Source: the human T2T-CHM13v2.0 reference genome, Homo sapiens. Taken from it: a DNA stretch of 64,000 bases. Positions within the stretch are counted from its first letter, which is position 1. The number at the start of each line of letters is the position of its first letter. The translations under genes were made by a program, and so were the position numbers. Positions 39,022-55,353 of this stretch are shown piece after piece. Under the pieces are notes generated by a model that saw only the letters and a program-made list of their open reading frames with translations, did no database searches and had not been told where the DNA came from. The stretch lies in assembly GCF_009914755.1 (NCBI RefSeq), contig NC_060938.1; one strand, given 5' to 3'.

Positions 39022-39241
39022 CTAGCTTGTTCAACCCATGGCCTGCAGGCCACATGCAGCCCAGGACAGCTTTGAATGCAGCCCAACACAAATTCGTAAA
39101 CTTTCTTAAAACATTATGACTTTTTGTTTTGTTTTATTTTTAGCTTATTAGCTATCGTTAGTGTTAGTGTATTTTATGTGTGGCCCGAGACAATTTTTCT
39201 TCCACTGTGGCCCAGGGAAGCCAAAAGATTGGACACCCCTG
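39022..39241. mobile_element. MER30-like hAT-Charlie MITE
   Basis: Body GGCCACATGCAGCCCAGGACAGCTTTGAATGC; end GCCAAAAGATTGGACACCCCTG. Confidence 0.85.
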
Positions 39242-40719
39242 ATGTATAGCTTACCCTTCATTCAAACCCCTTTCATCTTTCGACGAAGCTTCATAATTTG
39301 TGGTGATAATTGTTTTCATATCCTATTTTTATTTGCCAGCTATTATCATGGCTGCACTTTAGAGCTATATCTTAACTAATCAGAACCTAATTTAGTTTTA
39401 AAAATTCTGTATTTTCTGATTAGAAGTTAGGATGATTTTTTAAAATGATGGCAAATAAATATTTATGTTGCTATCAAGAAACTTATCTAGTGGGGAATGT
39501 ATAACATTTTTAAGTAGCCATGGTACGTAGAAGAGAGGTAGCGATAAAGTGCTTTGCGAATTCAGAGGAGGAAAGAAGTAATTCTATCTGGACAATCCAG
39601 AAGAGGTGTAATCTAAAACAGTTGTTAAATATTTCAAACATAGAGAAGCACAGAGAGTAATATAATAACATAATAATTGTGCTACCCAGAATTAAGAAAT
39701 ATTATTTGCAAACATCAAAAAATTCTAAACTTAATATCTTTCCTCCTTCTGAACAAAACAAAGACCTTAGAATGCTTAAACTCAGGCTTCCCCTCCCTTT
39801 TTTTTTTTTTTTTTTTTTGCTGTTTTTGTTGCTACTTTGTCTTATTGTTATTGTTGTTTTTGGCTCATCTTTGCTCCTTACATCCTGCTTTTCCCATTGG
39901 AGTTTAATTTGCTTCTTGCTGAAACATTTCCTTTAGTGGTTCTTTTTCACATTTTCCTTTTTTTGTCGGGGGAGAGCTCTACTGTATTTTGTGTTTTCCT
40001 CACATATGTCTTTCAGTTTACTATTTTCTGTCCTTCTGTGGATAATCTAATGCTTAACCTGTCCATTGAAACTTTTATTCCAAGATTCCTGTTTGATTCT
40101 TTCAAAAAAGAAAATGCCTATTCTTTTCATATTGTCCTTTCCTTGCCGTATGGCAGCTATTCCTTTCGTGGTTTCTTTTGACATTAAATATACTTCTTTT
40201 AGAATTTCTTTCAGTTTATTATCTATGATTGTGGATGTGTCAGTCCTGCCATTGGTCATGTCTTCTGACTCTTTTATAAGTGAGGTTCATTTAAATTTTT
40301 TTTTTCCATTTTACTGTGAATTTTTTTTTAGTGGGAGTTGTTTTCCTGTGGGTCTTGGATCGTGAAGGCATACTGTTATAGAGATTCATATTTGCTTCTG
40401 ACAAATTCCTGTTGGCTTCACTGAGTCTGAACCAGTTGTTATTCTTAATTTTTTGAGGGTGGAGCAGGCTTGGGTAGTCTCATTCCTTATGTGTGATTCC
40501 TTTTCCACCCATGCCCCAGATGGGTTGCAAGCTTTCTTGTGACTATACCCAAGCTAGTAAGCAAAATTTTCCTAGGAGCTGTTTCATAGACAGAAGAGTA
40601 TTTTGTAGATCTAGGTTACATGCAGGGCTGCAAGCCCAGTTTCAGCTTCCTACCTCTAACAGGACTGAGACCTGTCTCCTTTAATAGAGGGTAACAGAAA
40701 ACCTCACAGTTGACTTTGG

Positions 40720-41650
40720 CTTAAGTTCAGGGTACATGGAGATGGTTAATGGAAAATATGTTTGGAAAGGTGGGTTGGAATCAAGTACAGTAGGCCTTGA
40801 ATGGTAGGCTAAGGAATTTGGACTTCATGCTACATATAGCAGGAATCCAATGAATGTCTTTTTGCGTGAGAGTCATGCAGAGCTTTGCTCTAAGAAGATT
40901 AATTTGGTAACCATGAATAGGTTGGAATGGAGAGAACATACTGTAAATAGGGAGATCAATTAAGAGACTATTCACATTAGTCTGTGAAAGAGGTAATAAA
41001 GACCTGAAATACGGTAACAATAGTGGCAATGAAGATGATGTGAGAGGTAAATAGATGTTTATAGAGAGATTATGATACAGGTTTCACACTGGTATTCAGG
41101 AGAAAGAGCATTCCAAGATGACCCCAGTGAGGATGCTGAAACTATTAAGGAAAGTCAGACACAGACAGAGCGTTAGGTTTGTAAAGAAAGGTGAGTTCGA
41201 TTATGAAAATATTATCTTTGTAGTGCCAGTGGGATACCCAGGTACAAAGGGCCACCCATGCAGATAAACATATTGAACTATAATTAAGATAGAAGGACAG
41301 ACCAAAAGAGATGTGGGGCTTAGTAGAACAGAAGCATTAAATGAAGCCATACATTTCAGAGACAGAATCAAGAATCAGGAAAGAGAGGAGGTAAACCAAG
41401 AAGAAAATTAGTAATTAGGAAATAGAAAAAGAGAATTGTGGGGAATGATATGTCAGAGTAGTAGGAGTGTGGCCCGGGGCATAGACTGATATTATGGAAA
41501 TCAGAAACTGGAAGCATTTCACGGCCAGGGGCTATCACTATTAGAGAGGTGGAGGAAAATGTTGAGGAGGATGAGGTCCAAGAAATGGCCATTTAATGGT
41601 AACCAGAGTCAAAATACAAGGATATGAGGAACAAGTGGAAGGAGAGGCAG
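40720..41650 (+). mobile_element. Degraded L2
   Basis: GGCCTTGAATGGTAGGCTAAGGAATTTGGACTT and other purine-rich L2 motifs. Confidence 0.6.
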
Positions 41651-43911
41651 TGAGAGTGGAAATAATGTAGTAAATTCACTTCTGAAATAAAACTTATAAG
41701 GGTATACATAGTATTTGTGAAATATAGATCTGTATGTATATGTTTGAATCTATACAAATGTATTATATGTATGTATATATGTAAATTTTTCCCCATGTCT
41801 GTTAGCGTGTAGGTATTGGCACCCTTGGGTTACTCTATTACCCTGTGATAAAAGATTAGCAAGCAAGATTCTTCTTATCCTTTGAAATCTCCACTTTGAT
41901 CTTCATAATAGAGGTACAGTAAAAGGGGAAAGATAGAAAGCAACAATATTATTGTTGGAATAGACGTAGGAGGTCACAGGGTTGGGAAAGGAGAGGTACA
42001 TACTATTAGCAGAGGGTAAAAGTGCTTTGGAAATTTGGGCTATGGAAGATCTATCTTTTGTGAAAGCATGCTTTGTATTGAAATTATCAAATAGAAGATA
42101 GAGGGTGGACAAGAACACTTACACATAATTGAATGTACCAGATGCTTTACATAAATTTTCATGTTTCATCTTTCAAAACACTAATAAGGAGTGCATATGG
42201 TAGTTCTGTTTTTAATTTTTTGAGGAACTTCCGTACTGTTTTCCATGATGGCTTTACAATTTACATTCTCATTAACACTGTACTAGGGGTTCTCTGTTCT
42301 CCACACCCTTGCGAACCCTTGTTATATATTGCCTTTTTCATAGTAGCCATCCTAACAGGTGTGAGGTGATACCTCATTGTGATTTTAATTTGTTTTGCCT
42401 GGTGATTAGTGATGTTAAAGTTTTTTCACATACCTTTTGGCCATTTGTATGTCTTCCTTTGAGAAATGTCTATTCCAGTCATTTGCCCATTTTTTAATCA
42501 GGTTATTTGTTTTCTTGCTATCGAGTTGTTTGTGTTCTTTATATATTTTGTATATTAGCCCCTTTCTAGGTTCTCTGTTCTGTTCCATTGGTGTATACTG
42601 TTTTTATGCCAGTACCAGGCTGTTTTGATTACTTTAGCTTTGTAGTATACTTTGAGATCAGGTGATATTTACATGCCTCTTTGTTCATTTCCTTAAGCTT
42701 TATTTGCCTATTCAAGGTCTTTTGTTATTCCACATGAATTTTAGGATTCTTTTCTCTATTTCTGTGAAAAATGTCATAAGAATTTTGATAGAAAAATGTG
42801 ATTAGAATTCAGTGATGGAATCATTGAATCTGTTGATCACTTTGGATTTTATGGACATTTTATCAATGTTAATTCTTCCATTCCATGAATAAGGAATATT
42901 TTTTCATTTACTTTTGTCTCCAATGTCTTTCATCAGTGTTTTATAGTTTTCAGTGTATAGATCTTCACCTCCTTGGTTAAATTTGTTTTTAAATTGTTGG
43001 GGTTTTTTGTTTTGTTTTTGTTTGTTTTGGTAGCTATTGTAAATGGGATTGTTTTCTTGATTTCTTCTTCAGACAGCTCCTTGTTAGTGTATGGAGGTGC
43101 TACTAATTTCTGTATGCTGATTTTGCATGCTGAAGCTTTACTGAATCAATTAGTTTCAACAGTTTTTTGGTGGAGTTGTTAGGGTTTTCTATAAATAAGA
43201 TCATGTTATCTGCAAACAGAGACAATGTAACTTTTCCTATTTCTTCTTTTGCCTAATTGCTCTGGCTATAACTTCCAGTATTATGTTGAACAGAAATGGC
43301 AAGAGTGGGCATTCTTGGCTTATTCCTAATTTTAAAGGAAAAGCTTTCAACTTTTAACAGTTTAGTGTGATGTTAGCTATCGTATTTTATATATATATGG
43401 CCTTTATTGTGTTGAGGTACATTCCTTCTATATGTAATTTGTTGATAGTTTTTATCATGAAAGGACGTTGAATTTTGTTAAATGCTTTTTTTATATTTAT
43501 TGAGATGATCATATGGTTTTTGTACATTATGTTAATGTGGTGTATCATTTTCATAGATTTCCATATGTTGCATCCCTGTGACAAATCCTACTTGATCATA
43601 GTGTATTGATTCTTTTAATATGCTGTTGATTTTGGTTTGCTAATATTTTGTTGAAGATTTTTACATCTGTGTTCATTATAGATATTAGACTGTAATAGTT
43701 CTTTTCTTTAATATCCTTGTTTGGCTTTTGTATTAGGGTAATGCAGGCCTCATAAAATAAGCTTGGAAGTATTGTCTCCTTTTCAGTTTTTAGAAAAATT
43801 TGAAGAAGGATTGGTATTAATTCTTTTTTGAACATTTAGGAGAATTCAGCAATGAAGCCATCAGGTTCTAAGCTTTTCTTTAATGACATTAAAAAAAAAA
43901 TTATAGATTCA

Positions 43912-44213
43912 GGCCAGGTGTGGTGGCTCACACCTGTAATCCCAGCACTTTGGGAGGCCGAGACAGGTGAGTCACCTGAGGTCAGGAGTTGAAGACCAGC
44001 CTGGCCAACATGGTGAAACCCCATCTCTACTAAAAATACAAAAATCAGCTGGGCGTGGTGGCGGGTGCCTGTAATCCCAGCTACTGGGAGACTGAGGCAA
44101 GATAATTGCTTGAACCCAGGAGGCGGAGGTTGCAGTGAGCCAAGATCGCACCATTGCACTCAAACCTGGGCAACAAGAACAAAACTCTGTCTCTAAATAA
44201 ATAAATAAATAAA
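43912..44213 (+). mobile_element. AluS
   Basis: Alu dimer with a (TAAA)n tail and AGATTCA duplicated at both ends. Confidence 0.93.
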
Positions 44214-45793
44214 AGATTCAATCTCCTTACTTTCTATTGGTTTGTTTACAATTTTTATTGCTTTATAATTCAGTCTTGGTAGGTTGTCTGTGTCTAGGAA
44301 TTTATCCATTTTTTCTGAGTTCTCCAATTTATTGGTGTATAATTGTTTAGTGATTTTTTTCATACCTATGTGGCCTCAATTGTAATATCTCCTCCTTCAT
44401 TTCTAATTTTATGTATTTGAGTCTTCTTTCTTTTTTCTTAGTTAATCTAGCTAAAGGTTTGTGAGTTTTATGTTTTTAAAAAAACCAACTTTTAGTTTCA
44501 TTGATTTTTTTTCTTTCTATTGTATGTCTAATCTCTATTTTATTTCTACTCTGATCTTTATTTCCATCCTTACTGTAACTTTGGGCTTCCTTACACTAAC
44601 TAGTTCTTTAAAGTGTAATATCAGGTTATTTGAGATTTTTTTTCTTTTTAAGTATTGTCTTTTATTAGTATAAATTTCTCAGGACTGCTTTGGCTACATA
44701 CCATAAATTTTGGTGTGTTATGTTTACTTTTTCATTATTCTTAAGATATTTTTCTTGAGAATCAAAACTTCCCTTTTGATTTCTTCTTGAACCATTGATT
44801 GTTCATGAGTGTGTTGTTTAATTTCCACGTTTGTGAATTTTCTAGTTTTTCTTCTGTTACTGATTTCTAGTTTCATATCATTGTGGTTATAAAAATTACT
44901 CAATATGATTTCAGTCTTACTAAATGTGTTAAGATTTGGTTTCTGGGCTAACGTATGATTTATTTTGTAAAATGTTCTTTGCACTCAAGAAGAATGTGTA
45001 TTCTGCTGCTGTTGGCTGGAATTTTCTGTATACGTCTGTTAGGTTTATTTTGTCTGAAGTGTAATTCCAGCTTAGTGTTCCTTTACTGATATTCTTTCTG
45101 GATTATCTATCCATTGTTCGAAGTGAAATGTTGAATTCCCAACTATTATTGTATTGCTGTCTATTTCTCCCTTTAGATCTGTTAATATTTGCTTTATGTG
45201 TTTAGGTGCTCTGACTTCGGTTCACATATATTTACATTTGTTATATCCTCTTGATTAATTGATCCTTTTATCATTATCTAGTGACCTTCTTTGTTTCATG
45301 TGATGGTTTGACTTAACATCTGTTTTGTCTGATGTAAGTTTACCTGTCCCTGTTCTTTTTGGTTTCCATTTACATGGAGTATCTTCACTTTCATTCTGTG
45401 TGTGTCCTTAAATGTGAAGTGAGTCTCTTTCAGGCAGCATATAATTGGGTCTTATTTTTTTTTATCCATTCAACCACTCTATGTCTTTTGATTGGCAAAT
45501 TTAGTCTATTTACATTTAAAGTAATGATTGATAGGTAAAGATTTACTTTTGCTATTTTGTTAATGGTGTTGTAGTTATTTGGTTGTTTTGGAGACCTTTT
45601 GTCCCTTTTTTCTTGCTGTCTTTCTTTGTGATTTGATGATTTTCTGTAGTGGCATGTTTCTTCTATTCCTTTCTCTTCATCTTTTGTGTATCTACTGTAG
45701 GTTTTTGCATTTTTGTTACCATGAGGGTTACATAAAACATCTTATAGTTACGCTAGTCATACAAAAACATACAAAAACTTACTTTTACTCTCG

Positions 45794-46156
45794 GTATTAG
45801 TCTGTCCTCATCCTGCTAATAAAGATATACCTGAGACTGGGTAATTTATAAAGGAAAGAGGTTTAATTGACTCTCAGTTCCACATGGTTGGGGAGGCCTC
45901 ACAATCATGGCTGAAGGCGAATGAGGAGCAAACACATCTTACATGGCAGAAGGCAAGAAAGCATGTGGCAGGGGAACTCCCCTTTATAAAACCAACAGAT
46001 CTCATGAGACTTACTCACTATCATGAGAACAGCATGGGAAAGATCTGCTCCCGTGATTCATTTACCTCCTACTAGGTCCCTCCCATGACAGGTGGGAATT
46101 ATGGGAGCTACAATTCAAGATGAAAATTTGGGTAGGGAAACAGCCGAACCATATCA
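45794..46156 (-). mobile_element. THE1 solo LTR
   Basis: GTATTAGTCTG...CAGCCGAACCATATCA. Confidence 0.9.
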
Positions 46157-46373
46157 TTCTTCTCTTATATTTTATGTTTTCTGTGTCAGTGTATGTATTT
46201 TTACATTATATATCCATTAACAAATTTTTGTAGCTCTAGTTCTTTTCTGGAAATGCTTTTGTCTTTCAACATTTATATTAGAGTTATAAGTAATTTACAC
46301 ACTACCAGTACAGTGTTAGGGTATTCTGAATTTGACTATATATTTACCTTTGTCAGTGAGTTTTATACTTTGA

Positions 46374-46665
<292 letters not shown>

Positions 46666-47075
46666 CTCTATACTTTCATGTTTCTAAGTAGTGGCCTTTT
46701 GTTAAAGTCTGAAGAACTCCCTTTTGCATTTCTTGTAACACAAGTCTAATAGTGATGAACTCCCTCAGTTTTGTTTGTCTGGAAAAGTCTTTGTCCCTCA
46801 TTGGTGAAGGATAGCTTTGCTGCATAAAGTATTTTTGGTTGGCATTTTTTTTTTCTTTCACAAACTCTTCCCACTTACTCCTGGTCTGCAAGATTTTTGC
46901 TGAGAAATTCATCAGTGGTCTTATTTAGCTTCCCTTGTATGTGATATGCTGCTTCTCTCTTGCTGCTTTAAAAATTCTCTGTCTTTGATTTTTGAAAATT
47001 TGATTATAATGTGTCTTGGTGAAGTCTTCTCTGGGTTGAATCTGATTTTACATCTTTATGTTTCATGTACCTTGA

Positions 47076-47612
<537 letters not shown>

Positions 47613-49405
47613 CTTAGGCACCTGGAGATTGGGAAGGCAGAAAACTGTGGGATGCCCAGTGGCCAAACCTGCAGGGGGTCTGTTGTAGCTATGCTGACTG
47701 CTAGATTCCTCAGCAGCCAGCAAAAGCCTGTTAGGGTCTTCTGCAGAGCAAGCTGCCGTGGTCCACCTCAGTGAACACCGTGGTATCCTCAGGGGTGAAA
47801 TCTCTTGTGGTAGCCACAAGGGCTGTTGAGGTCCTCAGCAGAGAAGGCTGCTGGAATCCTGTGCAGAGCAGGCCACTAAGGATAATAATGATTTCTGCTT
47901 ATATGGCTGATACTGATAGCCCCCATCCTTCTTTGTTTCCACCCATGCCAGTCTCTTCAGCAATCTGGGTGGGGTATAACTAATGCTGGTTGCTGATTTC
48001 TCAGGCAGTACCCTGAAAGTCTGGGGAAGCTGCTCTTTCATCCTGCTCTCCATTGCCATGCCAGTGATACTTACAAACTTGGGAGTTCCTTTTCTATGCT
48101 GATCAGTGCTAGCCTTGGGAATGGGATGATAAAGGCAGAATGAACTGTTTCTTTCTTTTGTGTGGTTATGGAATTTTTGTGTCATTACTTATGGGAGTTT
48201 TCTTCCAGTGTATTGCTGTAGTTTCTTAAGTAGATTCCTGAGCTCTTCCAGTTATTCCCATTCATGGGTAGCGTCCAATTATTGTTCTTTGTGAAGAAAA
48301 CGAAGGCTGGGTTTTCCTACTTAGCCATCTTTCTGACATCATTCCTTGCTTTTCTTTATAGCTTTGTCATATTTACATATTCCATGTTTAGCTTTGCATG
48401 TTCAGAATTTAATATGAATGGAACCATGCTCTTCATATTCTTATGTAACTTGGTTTTTATGTTTTTTTTTTTTTTTTGCTAAGCATTGTTTCTGAGAGTC
48501 AGTCGTATTGATGCATGTACATAGCTGTAACTTATTTATTTTCACTTCTGATAGTATTCCATTGTATCAATAACAAGTTTATCCATTCTCTTGTCAATGG
48601 ACATTTGGTTGTTTCTGTTGTTCTTTTGCTATAAGAAACACGTCTGCTGTAAATACTATGCATATGCCCTTTGGAGTCCTTAGGTGGGGGAATCAAATAG
48701 GTTACCTTGTCTCTGTTATTATTGTTTTCCTCCTTTCCAGGTGGCTTACACCTCCCTTGTGTCTACATTTTTTGCAACTCTAGAAAGGAGGGGAAGAGAG
48801 TTTATGAGGTATTGGGGATAGCAGGGGATAGCTGCATTTACTACCCTTTACTTCAAAATAGCTTCTTTTGTCAGACCATTACACATTGTAGTTCTCTAGG
48901 CCTCTGCCTTAGGCCCTCCTCTTTTCTCGTTCTATCCCTTCTTCTTAAATATTAACATTTATTTTTATGGTTTCAAATACCATCTAAATTCTGGTAACTC
49001 CAAATTGGTATCTTCATTTCATAACTCTCTTCTTTTCACTTGGCCCATATATCCAGCTACCATTCCTCATCACCATGCATATGTCTCTACTATAATCACT
49101 TCAGACTCAAGTCCAAAACCAAAGTTGGGATCTTTCCCTTCTTTCCTCTCCCACCCTTAATTGCTTCTCCAGTTTTCTATTTCTCTGTGAGGGCATCTTC
49201 CCTGATCTATGTGATTATGTGACTAGGTACCTGGAAGTTGACCTTGACACTGCTTTCTCCTTCCCACCCTCATATTCCCACCCCCATATCCACCCACTCA
49301 CTCACTGAAATATTTCTAAACCAGTAGTTTTCATTATTTTCACTGCCACCACCCTAATTCAAATCACCATTGCATCAAGCCTGGACTAGAGAAACATCCT
49401 CCTAA

Positions 49406-49811
<406 letters not shown>

Positions 49812-51446
49812 TAATAATAACTTTTCAGTGGCTTCCCAGTGCCCTTGAATAAAATCCACAGTTTTTAAACATTTTCTATAAGGCCATCTTTTGTGTACTT
49901 TCTGCCTACATCTCTAGCCTCATCCTGAGCTGAAACCACCTGTCCCCTATATTCTCAATATGTACTGTGTCTCCTTACTCCTTCATATATGTTCTTCCCT
50001 CTCTCTGGATCACCGTTATACTCCCCTTGCCTTCCTAGCTAATTTTATCTCTTTGGATCTAAGCTTAACTGTCATTTTTTTAGGGAAACCTGTTCTGATC
50101 TTATTCATGTTGGCTTCTCTTTTTATCCACATTCATCAAGCCCTACTTTCTCATTTGTAATATTCATTATTTAATATGTTTCTTTTCTGCTGGATTATAC
50201 GGTCAATGAGATCACGAAGGCTTTGTTCTCTGTTTTATTATCAGGGCTACTTCAATACCTGGCAAATAGTAGGCTCTCAGTAATTTTTTTTTTGAGAATG
50301 AATGAGCTGCATGTATCTAAATTTCTGCATTTTTGTCCCCTCACTCTTGGAGATAAATTACTCATCCTGCCTTTATAAAGATATGATGAAAATTCTGGCA
50401 CATAGCTGTTACTAACATGGAATTTCTAGTAAAAAATTACATTAGACAAACCAGAATCAGGCACTAGGTTTTTTAAGGAATATTACCAAAGAAATTCAGA
50501 AGCTAGTACATTTATTTTTATAATATCTACTGAATTTCCAAGAAGTGACACTTGTTCCTCATTGGGATACACAAAATCTAGGCTCATATTACTTGCTATT
50601 TTTAGATTTTTTAATGAAACTTTGCCTTACTCTGTCTCTTCCAGTCATTATTCTGAATAAATTAATAGAAATGAGTATCATAATGTTTTAAGAATCAAAA
50701 AATAAAAACAATATTTATGCCATTTTTCTGTGTAATGTCATCTAAGCATATAATGGCAATACTGAAATTAGACAAACATTGTATTAATCTCTTGTGGAAA
50801 TAAACATCTGACTTGGAAGAATATACTTAAAATTTATCAAATATCATTTGGCCTATTAGCTACTGTTTATTATCTGTTTTTCATGGCTCTATCTATCTCA
50901 TAGCCCATGTTCCTGAGATGTTCCTGTGTTTAAATGTATGTAGTATATAGACAGAATCTATCCTTAGAGGTCTATCCTTTGAGATAATCAGCACTACCAA
51001 CAACATTGTTCATAGAATATATTATACTTAAGTAGCTATATCTTCTGTGTGTTCTATAGTTCACACTTAAATCAAGGAAGTAATCCTTTCATTATGTAAT
51101 TATATTAACTGTCAGTAATAACTGTTCTATCCAAAATACCTGGTGTGCTCTTTGATAGCAATAAATTACACAGTTATAGTATAACTGGACTTATACTCCA
51201 GTTATAAGGCAGAAAGTCTTCTCCGAGCAATCTATATTCAGTTATTAAATATGAGTAATAATAAAGCATTGTGTTCATTTGGAAACCATGTGTCTTTTAA
51301 TTTCCAAATATGAGTTTTGGTGTTTGATTGGTCTAAATGTCTGGCATAACTATTCACTCTCTTTCCAAGTGTATTGATGTAAATCTGAATTCAGTTTTAT
51401 TATTAGTTTATTCAAATTGTATTCTCACTAGCTGGCTAGATGGTAA

Positions 51447-51823
<377 letters not shown>

Positions 51824-54666
51824 ATGTATTTTTATAACCAAGCTGCCCTCAGAATTATGAATAGTATTTCTGACATGTAGTGTCTTTTCTCATTTATCTT
51901 AGAATATATGGTTACCACTCTATAAACAGTTTGTCTATTATTCTGGTACTGTGCTTAGTTTAAGACACCTAACCATTAACTAGTTTTCAGAATGGTTTTG
52001 CTTTTTAGTGATAGTTGTGTGAGCGCACTGTTGCTCTGGTTGTTTTTAAATCTCACTGAGGTAGGCTTCAGGTTGTTAATGTAAATCTTTATAGCTTTGG
52101 CTGAACTTCCTACAAGAGCTGTGGGTCTTGATAGCTGAGATCAGCTGGCTGATCTCTCTTAATGGCAGTTAGATTTGAATTTTGTGGGCTAGGACACAGA
52201 TCTGTTTGGAAATGGTCTGTTTAATGCATGATGGCTTTAAATGAAGACTAAAAAAACGGGCCACCTTGTAAAAAGAAAGTCTTAGTCTCTAGAGTTCACT
52301 ACCTTTCTTAGTTTGAACCAATCCAAGTTTTTAACTCTCCATAGGGCCCGGTAATTTGAGGTGGAGGAAACTAATATGAACTTTACATTTCATTTCAATA
52401 TTAATTCCAAGCCAGTGTGCTTTAAGGATTGTCACAAACATATTATGACTGGACAGGAAGAGTGCTTGCCTCTTGGTCTTGAGTGACAAGCCCTGCCCTC
52501 TGCCCCTAGCTGAGAACTCAAAGCATTGTTAAGTAGCACTAAAACGAGCTGAGTCCAAGACTTCAGCCAGATGGTCAATATAGTGCTTTTAAAGGAAGGG
52601 AAATAGGAAAAGAGTAATCTCAGAAGCACTCCTATGTTAAAGAACTAAGAAACTGAAGTCTTTCTGAAGCTAAGTGTAAATTATTCCACTTTCTTTGGGA
52701 GCAAAAGCTGCAAAATATAACACAAGAAAATGACAGTGTAGGAAACCAAAGTTCAGGAACAAACCTTCAAGTGTGGTTTTCTAATGCTTAATCGTATCTT
52801 ACGCCCTTCTCAGGATCCATTGCTCCTTTTCCCTCCCTCTTCTCCAAGGTCTGTTTGAAAGGGATTTTGATGGGATAGGAAGGCAGCTTTAGACAGAGCA
52901 TAAATTAGGGCATAAGATGTCCTTTGTACAAGAATTATCTTAGACATGCTTTCAAAAACATACTTTTTTTGACCTTATTAAGAAAATAATCAAAGGTATG
53001 ATTTTTTAAGTCTTTGAGTTTAGTCTGCTTTCAGTAAAAATAAGGTATAGGTACCAAAATAAGCAAACCTCGTTTTTACTTTCCTGGTTTCTGCTTATAA
53101 GATTTACACATATTTAAAATAAACCCATGAAAAACAGGAATAGTGTCATGGGATTGGCTAAATAGTCAGAGCAATTACCTCCAGGCTCCCAAACCCAACT
53201 GAGCTTGACTTTTGGAAGTAAATTTGGCTAAGACTTCTTCCTCATTCTGTTTTATAAAGGTATACATGAAATGATACTGACTTCTGCCAGAAACCCCAGG
53301 AATCCTGTTCAGTGATGTACTTGTAATGGTCATGAAAGAATAAAAACACAGATGTGGATTAAGGTAGAAAAGTACAGAAAACACTAAATTTTCATTGTGC
53401 TGTTTCAATGTGGCAGATTCTTTAAAATACTTCGACACGCTACAATAATTAAAGGTTTTAAGAACATTAAGATACTTAAAAAATAAAAGCCCACAATTGA
53501 ATAACAAAAATGAACTTTGTTTTATTTTTTATTGGCATTAATGTAGGTTGCCGTGGTGAAAATAGTTTGAAATACTTCACAGTAACAGTTTTGTGCAGCC
53601 CTAGAGATCAAAAACAGCAAAGTAAATAAGCAGGACTCTCAACGACTCATACTCACAGACATGTTTAATGTAAATGATTGCTAGAAGGGAAGGGCATTTT
53701 CTTCAGTGCTATGCAAAGAAATTTTAATTGACTTGGTTTTGGCAGTGAGAATTGTACAACTTAGCATTAATAAGTCAAATTTAAAAATTTGCTCATTACT
53801 CTGGATTATGACTATGTTCAAGAAATACTATTTTCAAGCACTAATCATTTAGATAAAACTTTTTTTACACATTTATGGCATCAAGGAGTATGACTGTTTA
53901 TAACATTTTACCTATAAAGCTGAACTGTTTTATATACTCTTTATGGAAACATGGCCATAAATTAAAAGATGCAACTGTTTTGAATATTTTACTGGTGGTC
54001 CTCTGTTTTCCTGCCAGCAGTGCAGCTGTTTCAGGTTTCTCAGGATAACATATAAAAAGCTGTATGCACACTGCAAGTTTATGCTCAAATTGCCAAGCCA
54101 GATATGGTATGACTCAACTTTCCCAGAAGCAAGCTGTACCAAAATGTGATGAATCAAAACAGTTAGTTGCACAGTGGTTTGTATTACAGCTATGAAAACC
54201 AATTCTCATTTATGATGTTTGGCTTTTCAAGGTTGACAAACATTCTACTGTGGTGCTTGAATTTTACCATAAGTGAACATCTATTGAAGCTAAGACTATG
54301 CTTTTCTTTTGAGGATCTGAGGAAAGGAAAGGGTGATACATTATCATCTGGTGTGCGGATAAAAATTAGCTGGAAACTTGTATCAGGAATGGAACATTTC
54401 ATTTCCAAGTTACCTATAAAAATATTACTCACTTATTATTTGTATGATAGTTATTGAATTCCCTGTGAAGCCAGGTTAATTTTTAGACCTTTCTGAGGTA
54501 ACTTAACATTTACTTCATTTCTCATGCATCAGAATCTTAACAGTTGATACTTTATTGTGTCTTGGAAAGTAATAAGCAGATAACTTTATGGCCATGGGGT
54601 AGGTGTGGTGAATCCCTATTTCAATCCTATGCGACCTAAGGTTCTATCAAGAGTTTAACAACGACT

Positions 54667-54959
54667 ATTTTTCTTTTTTTTTTTTAAACAGGGTCTCACT
54701 CTGTTGCCCAGGCTGGAGTGCAGTGGTGCGATCTCCGCTCACTGCAACCTCTGCCTCATGGACTGAAGTGATTCTCTTGCCTCCCAAGTAGCTGGATTAC
54801 AGGCACCTGCCACTGTGCCTGGCTACTTTTTCTATTTTTAGTAGAGACGGGGTTTCACCATGTTGGCCAGGCTGGTCTGAAACTCCTGTCCTCAGGTGAT
54901 CCACCTGCCTCGGCTTCCCAGAGTGCTGGGCTCACAGGTGTGCGCCACCACACCCAGAC
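54667..54959 (-). mobile_element. AluS
   Basis: TSD AACAACGACTA / AACAATGACTA. Confidence 0.92.
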
Positions 54960-55064
54960 AACAATGACTAATTAATAACAGTAGTCTCTAAAGTGGGATG
55001 TGTCCCATGAGGATATGTAAGATACAGTTTATGGAGAAAATATTAAAACATTCATTCATTAATT

Positions 55065-55353
<289 letters not shown>

